This document shows positions 18,811 through 27,900 of a stretch of DNA of 64,000 nucleotides, piece by piece (within the stretch, counting starts at the first letter, position 1; each line of letters starts with the position of its first letter). Source of the stretch: an uncultured bacterium (GTDB lineage: Bacteria; AUK180); contig CALMGJ010000014.1 of the NCBI GenBank assembly GCA_937863565.1, forward strand, positions 23,817 through 87,816, given 5' to 3'. The notes beneath the pieces were generated by a model. It did no database searches and had not been told where the DNA came from. It saw nothing but the letters and a program-made list of their open reading frames with translations. The translations under genes were made by a program, and so were the position numbers.

Positions 18811-19866
18811 TCATTCAAATGCCGCCGCGAATGCTCCCCAGAACGGATCGGTACTGGGATGTTCGAGCATCATCGTGCCGCCCGGCCCTTCTACTGCGAT
18901 CTCACTGCCGGAAGTGATCTTTCCGCAAACTGAAACATCTATACCGTTGGATCTGAGATGCTTCACGAGCGCTTCCGTTTTGCGGGGTCTCACTGTGATT
19001 ATGAGACTGCCTTCGCTGATAGAAATATACGGGTCCATCCCGAACTTCTCGCATATGGCCTTAACTTCGGGCCTAAGGATGATATCATCTATGTTTATCT
19101 TCATGCCGACGCCGGACGCTTTAGCAACTTCGTAAAGCCCTCCGAGCACACCTCCTTCCGTAGCATCGTGCATAGATGTAACGCCTTCTTCTCTCAAACC
19201 TATCTCGCGAGCGAGCAGGGCGTCCTTCACAACGCTCATTTCAAAAAACAGCTTATCCGCTTCTTTGAACAATTCCTCCCCGATGGCACTCCTCACCTTT
19301 TCGGGAAACGTAGCGGCGAAAAGACCGGCCGCTTCTATTGCGGCTCCTTTGGTGACGACGATATCATCACCCGGCTTCGCATCACAGGGCGTGATATATT
19401 CATTCTCTTCACCGACTGCTATCACCGTAGCCCCTCCCACCATCGGATAATTGCATCCCGTATACCTTGCAGTGTGACCGGAAATGACAGCGATCCCCAT
19501 TGAAGCGCACTCGCGGTGTATCGTATTCCACAGGAGCTTCAGTTCTTCCTTATTGATCTCCAGAGGGAGATTGAGATCGATGGAAAGGAATTTCGGCAGA
19601 AGGCCGCTCGTAACGGCATCCGATACGAGGATGTGTATGGCGAACCACCCGGCTTTCTCGAAACCGTACTCTTTCACGACAAAAACAGGATCAGTGGTCG
19701 TTGCAATGACCTTTCCGCCTATTTTAGTAATGGCGATATCCACTCCGTTGCGCGGACCGACCAGAACATCATTGCTTTTGCATCCCAATGCGGGATAGAT
19801 GATCTCTTTAAAGAGATCGGGGGTGATCTTCCCCAGCGGTAATCCTTTTTCCATATAGGCCTCCAT
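18811..19866 (-). CDS. AIR synthase-related (PurM/HypE/SelD superfamily) ATP-binding protein
   Basis: GVDIAITKIGGKVIATTTDP and SMHDATEGG patterns typical of the PurM fold. It lacks the HypE C-terminal PRIC motif and the SelD N-terminal Cys/Sec motif. Confidence 0.75.
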   Translation of the reverse strand: MEAYMEKGLPLGKITPDLFKEIIYPALGCKSNDVLVGPRNGVDIAITKIGGKVIATTTDPVFVVKEYGFEKAGWFAIHILVSDAVTSGLLPKFLSIDLNLPLEINKEELKLLWNTIHRECASMGIAVISGHTARYTGCNYPMVGGATVIAVGEENEYITPCDAKPGDDIVVTKGAAIEAAGLFAATFPEKVRSAIGEELFKEADKLFFEMSVVKDALLAREIGLREEGVTSMHDATEGGVLGGLYEVAKASGVGMKINIDDIILRPEVKAICEKFGMDPYISISEGSLIITVRPRKTEALVKHLRSNGIDVSVCGKITSGSEIAVEGPGGTMMLEHPSTDPFWGAFAAAFE

Positions 19867-19975
19867 AGGATCATCAGGAGGAGTACAAAAGCTTCCTTCG
19901 CCGGTATTGTCCGGATCAGGTTCAAAGGGTAGGCAAAAACCTTCTCAGCTTACGCACCCCTGCCTTATCTGAAGG

Positions 19976-20003
19976 ATTATATCAAAATAGCAGGAAAATT
20001 CAA
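19976..20003 (-). promoter_or_regulatory. Sigma70-like promoter candidate (TTGAAT-16-TATAAT on the minus strand), giving a ~100-nt leader before the PurM-like gene
   Basis: Hexamers read on the reverse complement of 19976-20003. Confidence 0.35.
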
Positions 20004-20015
20004 ATCGTCGGCCGG

Positions 20016-20378
20016 TCACTTCGAAAAGAAGAGTTTCATTGCGACGAGCATAAGGAAGACGGCAAAGACCTTTCTCAGAACTGTTCCCGGCAGAAAAACA
20101 GCGATCTTTGCGCCGATCAGCCCCCCGCCTACGAACCCGGCGGCAAGCAGCAGCGCGGGAAGCAGGCGTACATGGCCGGCCTTGAAATAAGTGATGGCGG
20201 CCAGGATCCCGATAGGCGGTATCATCATGGCGAGCGATGTGCCTTGAGCATCTTTCTGGGAATATCCGAAAAGGAAGATCAGTGCGGGAACGAGGAGCAC
20301 TCCGCCGCCGATGCCTATGACACCGCCGAGCACTCCAACCGCGGCGCCGAGCACGATATAGAGAACATTTAAAAGCAT
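20016..20378 (-). CDS. Half-size TauE/SafE (DUF81) family anion permease, 4 transmembrane helices
   Basis: GGVIGIGGGVLLVPALIF motif. At 120 aa it is about one of the two repeats of a normal TauE protein. Confidence 0.7.
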   Translation of the reverse strand: MLLNVLYIVLGAAVGVLGGVIGIGGGVLLVPALIFLFGYSQKDAQGTSLAMMIPPIGILAAITYFKAGHVRLLPALLLAAGFVGGGLIGAKIAVFLPGTVLRKVFAVFLMLVAMKLFFSK

Positions 20379-20478
20379 ACGATCCTCCTTTTTTGCTAAT
20401 GATAATACTTTCAGATTCTTAAGTCAATAGGAAAGGTGTTAAATCCGGTCTGAAACGAGAGCCTTTCTTGAATTCTCC

Positions 20479-21027
20479 TTAAAAAAGCACGGTATAAACA
20501 ACCTTCCGCAAAGGTTCGATATAATCGAACTTGACTTCGGCTCCGGGGGCCCCCGTATTCCTTATGATCCCTAAAAAATATGTGCAGCATCTCTCGAAGA
20601 AGATCGGATAATTATCCACATCGGAGATAATAACTGTATACATGCCGTCCGCTTCTTTCTTGCATGAAGCTTTTCCGAAGTCATAATAATATTCATAGAT
20701 CTTTGGAAGAAAGTTCATCATATTATCGGCGGTAATGTCCTTGATGAATTTGTTGAACAAGCGTTCAATATCCTCCCGTCCTCCCTCCATGGCGCTCTGA
20801 AAGATTATGGAAGCATCGCCTTTACCCAGTTTATCAGCGATCATGCGGTTGATCTTTTCATAAAGATCGAAGGAGTACCATGACTGCGGCAATGCTTTAT
20901 GGCCTTCCTCCAGCTCATCTTTTAAGATCGTTGGAATTGTGACGAAGATCTCGTTCAGCATCCTGTCACCATATTTTTTTCTTATAAATTCGATGGTGTG
21001 CATTATTGCCGCCCCTCTTACTTTCAT
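20479..21027 (-). CDS. Hypothetical 182-aa protein, H-NOX/V4R/DUF2378-like (paralog B)
   Basis: Same length as 18192-18740 and alignable with it end to end. Confidence 0.6.
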   Translation of the reverse strand: MKVRGAAIMHTIEFIRKKYGDRMLNEIFVTIPTILKDELEEGHKALPQSWYSFDLYEKINRMIADKLGKGDASIIFQSAMEGGREDIERLFNKFIKDITADNMMNFLPKIYEYYYDFGKASCKKEADGMYTVIISDVDNYPIFFERCCTYFLGIIRNTGAPGAEVKFDYIEPLRKVVYTVLF

Positions 21028-21257
21028 ATTATCCTCTCTGTATTGGGATTCTATAATGAAAAAGGGAAAAAGTCAAGATATCTGCCATTCCCTTCAGGAA
21101 TTGTAACGGGGGATCTTGCTTGTGCCGTTCCCAAAAAAATATGCTATCCTCTGCCGGTGACCGCAAAAGGTCATCCCGGAAACAATGGTTCAATAATGCG
21201 CGGCTTGTTCCCCGGAACGAAAATTCACCTTTTTCAACCAACGTCCCCCAATAAGGA

Positions 21258-21286
21258 TTTACATATCCGTCCTTTTATGCTATAAT
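21258..21286 (+). promoter_or_regulatory. Sigma70-like promoter candidate (TTTACA-17-TATAAT) for dsbD
   Basis: Hexamers read directly. The placement implies that the ATG at 21306 (preceded by AAGGGGG), not 21288, is the real start. Confidence 0.45.
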
Positions 21287-21305
21287 AATGCCAAAGGGGG
21301 CAAAG

Positions 21306-23051
21306 ATGAAAAGAAGGACGATCCTTATTTTCCTGCTTATCGCTGCGAAGATATTCTCTTTCATGGGCGACGAGAACGCCGTTGCGCGCTTCGTTACGGC
21401 TTCGCTGGTGAAGAACGAGGATTCATCCTATATCCTCACCGTTTCTTATTCGATCGAACCCGGTGCGAGGGTTTACCTGAAAAGCGATCTCGAGCTCCCG
21501 CTAGAGCTGAAATTTTCCGAAGGGCGCGAGATCATGCGCGCCGATTTTCCGCATAAAAAATTACACGGGGCCAAGGAGTATATCGAGGGGGACGGGACGA
21601 TAGTGATCATCTTCAAGGGGGACCCGGAAGGAGCCGGACTTTCCGTGCGCTGGCAGGGGTGTTCCGCGGAAAAGGGCGTTTGTTATATACCGGAAGAGAC
21701 CATAGTTTCCCTTGTGCCGGGGAAACTCGTTGCAAGAACGGCAAAACCGAAACCGGAGCAAAAACCGGTCCAGAGAACGGATAAAAAGCTCAAAGGCATT
21801 ATCGAACGCAATATCGACAGGCCGCTTCTGGCCGTGCTTTTCGTTTTTATCGCAGGGTTTTTGACCAGCCTCACACCGTGCGTTTACCCGATGATCCCGA
21901 TCACGATCTCCTATTTCGGAGGAACTGCCGAAGGGATGAAGAAGAATTTCGTTAAAAGCCTTTTCTATGTCCTCGGACTTTCGATCACGTATACTTTCAT
22001 GGGCTTAATCGCGGGCATCACGGGAACAGCATTCGGCAGTCTGACGCAGAACCCTTATGTCCTCTTCGTTTTTACGGCACTGTTCTTCATCATGGCTCTT
22101 ATGATGAGCGATTATATTGCGCTTCCGGGATTTTCCGCTTTTTCCTCCTCTCATTCGAAGATAGCGGCAAAAAGGACCGATCTGAGCGCGTTCCTTCTCG
22201 GACTTATCACGGGCCTTGTGGCATCGCCCTGCGTGGGCCCTGTTGTGCTTTTCCTGCTGACACTCATCGTTTCGAAAGGCAGCATCCTGTACGGCACCAT
22301 GCTCATGTTCTTCTTCTCTCTGGGGCTTGGCGTCATATTTGTGATATTGGGGACTTTCTCGGGACTCATCGAGAAGATCCCGCGCGCTGGAACATGGATG
22401 GAGAAGGTCAAGACGGTTTTTTCCGTTCTTATGGCGGCCGCTTCAGCCTACTTCCTCAATACGGCGCTCAAAGGGCTTATCGGCATCAAGTCGGCATATT
22501 TCGCCTGGGCATTTTTCATATTTACTTCCCTTTTCTTCCTTGATTTCTACGATCTGAAGAGATTCCAGCCTGAAGCGACTCCGCAGGGGCGTAAAAAAAG
22601 CATCGCCAGTTTTATAATGCTGCTTGCGTTCATCTGCGGTTCGGGATTATTCCTCAAAGGCATAATCCATAACGGCACCCGCCCGGCCGTGTCCGAACGG
22701 GCGTTAAAATGGCATAAAGATCTGGAATCGGGTCTGGCAGAAGCCGAAAGGACCGGCAAGTTCATATTCCTGGATTTTACGGCAACATGGTGCGTTATGT
22801 GCAGGGAGTTCGAACATGCCGCCGAAAAAGACAGCGAATTGGCCTCGGCTCTTTCGCGATTCGTTTTGATCAGATTGGATTACGATAAGAACAAGGACCT
22901 GGCGAAAGAGCTCTTCGACGTGAGAGCGTTGCCGGCTTTCATATTCCTCAATGACAAGGGAGAGATCATCGAAAGGGAATCCGGTTTCTCGGATATGAAA
23001 GGATTCAAAGCGGATTTCCTAAAAACGGCGGAAAAGTATATTACTCGATGA
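21306..23051 (+). CDS. dsbD: Thiol:disulfide interchange protein DsbD-like (N-terminal periplasmic domain, DsbD transmembrane core, C-terminal thioredoxin)
   Basis: Transmembrane cysteines in LTPCVYPMIP and ASPCVGPV, a C-terminal WCVMC thioredoxin motif, and a signal peptide. Confidence 0.8.
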   Translation: MKRRTILIFLLIAAKIFSFMGDENAVARFVTASLVKNEDSSYILTVSYSIEPGARVYLKSDLELPLELKFSEGREIMRADFPHKKLHGAKEYIEGDGTIVIIFKGDPEGAGLSVRWQGCSAEKGVCYIPEETIVSLVPGKLVARTAKPKPEQKPVQRTDKKLKGIIERNIDRPLLAVLFVFIAGFLTSLTPCVYPMIPITISYFGGTAEGMKKNFVKSLFYVLGLSITYTFMGLIAGITGTAFGSLTQNPYVLFVFTALFFIMALMMSDYIALPGFSAFSSSHSKIAAKRTDLSAFLLGLITGLVASPCVGPVVLFLLTLIVSKGSILYGTMLMFFFSLGLGVIFVILGTFSGLIEKIPRAGTWMEKVKTVFSVLMAAASAYFLNTALKGLIGIKSAYFAWAFFIFTSLFFLDFYDLKRFQPEATPQGRKKSIASFIMLLAFICGSGLFLKGIIHNGTRPAVSERALKWHKDLESGLAEAERTGKFIFLDFTATWCVMCREFEHAAEKDSELASALSRFVLIRLDYDKNKDLAKELFDVRALPAFIFLNDKGEIIERESGFSDMKGFKADFLKTAEKYITR

Positions 23052-24411
23052 CAAGCAAACCTTCTTTCATCACGACTTTGAAAGTCCTTTTTTTAGGGGC
23101 CTCTTTAAGACGGTTGACGAAGGGCACCATGATCTCGCGTTCTATGAACGAAGATATTTGATTGGGGATCTTCTTCGTTTGTTTGTAATATTCCTGGGCA
23201 AGATGTTCGATCACTTCCTGTGAGCAGGTAAGATTGTATCCTTTGCTCTTCACGATCTCCTTGAGATAAGAGAGTTTTGTTTTGAATATGGCCTTATAAT
23301 CTTCGATCGAAATATCGGAAAAGACATAAATACCGTTAAAAAGAGAAATGAACTCCTCGCCGTATTCCTTTGCGATGAGCTCCTTTATGGCGAGGTCATT
23401 ATTGTCCTCGTCCGGATTCTGGAATCCGATCTTCTTTGTCAGCGTTGAGAGGATGCTCTTGTCGATAGTGAGGATGAATATCGAGTTCTCATAACCTATC
23501 TTCTTTCCCTCGAAGAACACGTAACCCCGGGAGAAAATACTTGTAAGAAGGAAGAACAGGGGTTTGCTGATGAACTCCATGTGTTTGATCAGAAAAACCT
23601 TCCTTTTATCTTTGCCGGTCATCTGGAAAAATATATCCACTTGGGGATCGAGCGGCGGCCTTCCTTCTTCGCTTTTTGATTCCCTGTCGAACATCTCGGT
23701 ATCCGCCATCATGGAAAGTTCCATCTCGGATATGGCCTCTCTGGAACCGTAATATGTTTCCGCGATAGAATACGCCATTTCCGATTTGCCGGTGCTTTTG
23801 TTCCCTATGAACAGGAATATGCCGTTGGGAAGGTACGGTTTCAGGTCAAGATTGAGCGATTTAAGGATGAGAAAATTAGAGATCTCCTTCGTAAAATCCT
23901 TGTTGAGATAAACCTTGTCGAGAAGTTCATGTTCCAGATCGAAAGGATTGGAATGCTTATAGGTCTTTCTTGATTTTGCCGCTTTGTCGAATACGTCAAG
24001 CTCCTTCTGATCGAGGATCTGATTGATCGCCCCGCGTTCGTTCAGCGCCGCAGATGTCTCATTGAAAAGCTCCTCGGGAAAGAGTTTCTGCTGAACGCCC
24101 AGCGTGAGGGCGGAAAGGACGAAGTGATTGAGATCGACGCGGGGCGAGAGGATATTGCCCGCTATCGTATAAGCCCGGGTCATGATCAGATCGAACTCAT
24201 TTTTGTAAGTGAACTCTTCCAGGCGTTTGGAATAGATGTCGTTATACCTCTCGAAAATATCCACAACGAATTTCGCCGAAGAAGCAAGGTATTTTTTCCC
24301 GTGTTCTGTGAAGTACTGAAGCACTTTAAAAATATTCACCGCCTTCTCTTCTATATGATAATGTCCGGTCAATTCGGTGATGAAGTTGCTGAGGCTGTAT
24401 GTGAGTTCCAT
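23041..24411 (-). CDS. Clp/Hsp100-like protein: Clp_N-like N-terminus plus a single D2-type AAA+ module with a degenerate Walker B
   Basis: GIFLFIGNKSTGKS aligns with GSFLFLGPTGVGKT. VFLIKHMEFI replaces the VVLLDEIEKA Walker B, so the DE pair is lost. The C-terminal small domain resembles the ClpB D2 small domain. Confidence 0.6.
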   Translation of the reverse strand: MELTYSLSNFITELTGHYHIEEKAVNIFKVLQYFTEHGKKYLASSAKFVVDIFERYNDIYSKRLEEFTYKNEFDLIMTRAYTIAGNILSPRVDLNHFVLSALTLGVQQKLFPEELFNETSAALNERGAINQILDQKELDVFDKAAKSRKTYKHSNPFDLEHELLDKVYLNKDFTKEISNFLILKSLNLDLKPYLPNGIFLFIGNKSTGKSEMAYSIAETYYGSREAISEMELSMMADTEMFDRESKSEEGRPPLDPQVDIFFQMTGKDKRKVFLIKHMEFISKPLFFLLTSIFSRGYVFFEGKKIGYENSIFILTIDKSILSTLTKKIGFQNPDEDNNDLAIKELIAKEYGEEFISLFNGIYVFSDISIEDYKAIFKTKLSYLKEIVKSKGYNLTCSQEVIEHLAQEYYKQTKKIPNQISSFIEREIMVPFVNRLKEAPKKRTFKVVMKEGLLVIE

Positions 24412-24419
24412 ATACCGTC

Positions 24420-24857
24420 CTAATTTACGAACCCGAGGGCCCGGGGCCTGACTTCATTGTAGATATACGCAACAATATCTATAAAATACGAGAGCTCCGC
24501 GGCGAGTATTTTGGTCTCGCGCATTATGGTGAAAATGATCTCATTCCTTTTTTCGTCAATGGCGAACCTTCCGTGGGACGTATCGTAGTAGTTCAGCTGA
24601 AGAAGGCGCATGAACATGGCCCATTGTTCCTTCGGATTGTGCGGGACCTCTCCCATGTCGGCTGTAAGTTCGGAAAATTCCCCGTTCCTGCGGTCAAGTA
24701 TCTGAAGTCTGAGATTCACCACAGGGCCGTTCTTTGCGACCTTGATGTTCAAAAACCAGAGGCCCTGGGCGTTCTCGGGTTTCTGATAAGGTATCTTGAG
24801 TTTATTGAGGCTCTCTTCCAAAAGCGCGGTGTTCTTTTCCAGATTTCCTTCGGCCAT
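24420..24857 (-). CDS. Hypothetical cytoplasmic protein, YbjN/secretion-chaperone-like (tentative)
   Basis: 145 aa, with an alpha-beta pattern and a ...GRFAIDEKRNEIIF... segment reminiscent of YbjN-family proteins. It lies 8 nt upstream of the Clp-like gene. Confidence 0.4.
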   Translation of the reverse strand: MAEGNLEKNTALLEESLNKLKIPYQKPENAQGLWFLNIKVAKNGPVVNLRLQILDRRNGEFSELTADMGEVPHNPKEQWAMFMRLLQLNYYDTSHGRFAIDEKRNEIIFTIMRETKILAAELSYFIDIVAYIYNEVRPRALGFVN

Positions 24858-24931
24858 CTTTTCCTCCGTTGTATCCCTTTTATGGAATTATATCATTATG
24901 ATGAACATTTCGCAAATAGCATGCGACCCTT

Positions 24932-27900
24932 TTAAAAAACGATATTACCGCCGAACGTTATCTTGAATTCCCTGTAGTCATAACGGATCTCATCCAGATT
25001 GCGGTAGATCGTATACGATATGTTCGAATTGAACACGAAGTTCTTAGAGAACCTGTAATCGAACCCGCCGTTGACCGTATATGTATTCGATTCGGTAGCC
25101 CCGATCTTGTCTGAACGGAGCATCGACATATTGAAATCAAGTTTGGTATTGATGGCGTTCTGTATATTGAGCTTCTTTTTCAAAAAAGGCAATTTGATCC
25201 CGTACTTCAGCTGGAGACGGTAACTGAGAGAAGTGGCCAGGGAAAGCGTGCCGGAAAATGTCCTGTCATAGCCGAACCGCGTATCCGTGTTCTGGTTATA
25301 GGAAACGCGGATGGACTGCGTCAGAACATCTGAATAGCTTATCGGGAAACTCAGTGAAGGCGTGAACGTTTCATTCCGGTACAGGGCATCGGCCTTCTCG
25401 GTGAGGGAATAGTTCATGCCGAGCGTTATGGAAGTTCGCTTAAGGAACTTGAAGAGCTTATCGAGCTGAGTGATCATGGCGCTCGAGTTGACGGAATGAT
25501 TGAATTCCGTTGTCGTAGTGCCTAACTTGGAAGTATCCGACTGTCTGTAGGAATAGGAGCCTGACAGGCTGAGGAACTTGAACGGATTGTAACTTAAAGC
25601 AATATTCCAGCGCTCCTGGTCCGACTGGTTCGCATAGAGTTCAGGTGCAAGGTTGCCCGAGACGATATCAAGAGAATCGATTATACCGAACACGCCGTCG
25701 AACTCCGGTATATCGGTCGCATTAGACCGGTCATAGGAAATATTGAGATTGATCGTACTGAGGCCGAGGATTTTTACGCGTCTTAACAGCATGCCGAGCA
25801 TGAGCCTGTTCTTAAAAGACATATTGAGAGTGAATTTAGCAGAGGAATAGGCCGCTTCACTTGAAACGGCATCTCCGTAATAGACGCGGGCCAGTGTTCC
25901 GCGCAGTGTGACGGTAGGCTGTAGAATGTTCCTCAGAAGGTTCACATTCGCCGTAATGCTGTATGAAGCGTTATCGTTCTGTTTGAACCCGCTCTGATAT
26001 GATTCATTATAATCAAGAGTGTTCTGGAGATTCAGGTATTTGATCGTGAATGAAAGCGTGCCGTTATTGCGGAACGTTCTCGGATTAGAAGCGGATGTAT
26101 TGAAAAGAGGATTGTTCTCAGACAAAGTGATGTTCCGTCCCAGGGCAAGGTTCATGTTCTCTATAAGGAAGAGAATTGATTTCATGCGCATCGTCATTGT
26201 GTGTATCTCACTAAGCGTTTTTCCCTTGAGCAGTTCGTCGCCTTCATAAAGGCCGTAGCTTTTAGACCAGCTCTGTGAATAGGAGTAATTGATCGCGGGA
26301 AGGAATTTCCACAGTATCGTGCCCAGGTTCAATGTCGTGTTGAAACGGATGCTCTCGCTCAGAGACCGCGTAGTGGATGAAGTGCCCGAAAGGTCAAGAA
26401 TGTCCTTGAGTTCCGATGTGTTCCGTGAATAGGAAATATTGACCGGCAGCCATTGCAGTTTAGAGAAATTCATAGTCGCGCTGAGCGCTTCCTGATCGGT
26501 CCCCGTCCTGTTATTGCCAAGCGGGGAGAAATCGCTGCCAACACTTGAATAGTTCACCGCAACGGGCCCGAAGAAACCGAGATCGGTGCTGACATTGGCC
26601 CTGTATGCAGTGCCTTTCAGTATCTTCGGTTCTGAGAGCAGTATATTGTTGAAGAGGAATTTCCCGCTGACTACCGCCTCCGCCTCAATGCAGAGCGCCA
26701 TATATTTAACGTTCAGCGTTGACGGGTTTCCCACCGTTTCATAGGAACTCAGACCGGCTACCGGTATGCTGTTCACCACCCAATCGGAAGAGTCGTAGCC
26801 CTTCTTCACGGAAAGCGGGATCTTCCAGTAATTGTTCTCGTCGATGCCCATCTTGAGATAGACGCTGTAAGCATCGGTATCGGGCATATCGTACCCGAGA
26901 ACGGATAGTTCGAGATAACCGTAATTGGATATGTTCAGCGCTTGAGATTTCACGCTTTTCGTATATCCGGTCCTGATATCCGATGAGGTCCCGATCAGAT
27001 AGAAATCCGTCATCAGGGCCTCCTTATCCGTCTGTTCGCCGGACACGAAGAATCCGGAGAAGCTCGGATCGTCAACGGAAACGGAAGAAACGGCAAAATA
27101 CTCGCCCGCCGTACCGTTCTCGACAATGCCTTTATCCCATCGGTTCCCGGAGATCTTCAGCTCCTGCATCTTGAAGGATATGTTCGCATCGGAACCCTCG
27201 ATCCATACGCGGATGTATTTTACATTGTTCGGAGTGGGATTGCCGTACTTATCCGCTGTGCCGGCGTCGATATTGAGCGGTATTGAAATGAACTGCCAGC
27301 CGTCGTCGTCCGATTTCGTTTTCAGTATCTCGCTTTTATACGAATAATACCTGTCTATCGTGTCCAGTATGCCGTCAAAATCGAAATCTTCCGTTTGAAG
27401 ATAATTGTCGCCCGGCCCCAGCACTGCGGTAAAATAACCGTTATTGAAGATGATGCCTGTGTCCTCGTCCGTATTGAGCCTGCCGTTCAAATCAGCATCT
27501 TCGGTATCCAGCGTGCCGTCGCCGTCGGCATCCTCGGAAATGAGGCCGAGATCGATATGTATCGTAGCGTCTGCGGCATCGCCGAGGTTCTTTACCCAGA
27601 AATCGAGCGATGATTTCTGGGAGATATCGCTGATATTGGACCGTGCCGTGATCCCGCCCCATGTCCCTGCTTTTTTCAGATCGAAGAGCATTGAATAAGC
27701 GGTGAAGGTCTGATATATCTCAGTCTCGTCCGGCGTATACGGATGGCTGTCGCCGTCCTGGAAAGAATAAAACGAGAATTCATTCCCCGGGGAATGGAAT
27801 TCACTATCGCTTTCCTCCACGGAGATCGTGGCCGCTCTTGTGGACTGATCGGTAATAATGCCCGGCTTTGAACAGAGGTACCAGCTCTTGTAGGGATAGA

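Noticed and set aside
21158-21173. A palindrome (TGACC-N6-GGTCA) in the divergent region between paralog B and dsbD, considered as a possible operator.
   Set aside because: The arms are only 5 bp, which is expected by chance in a 260-bp region, and no second copy was seen.
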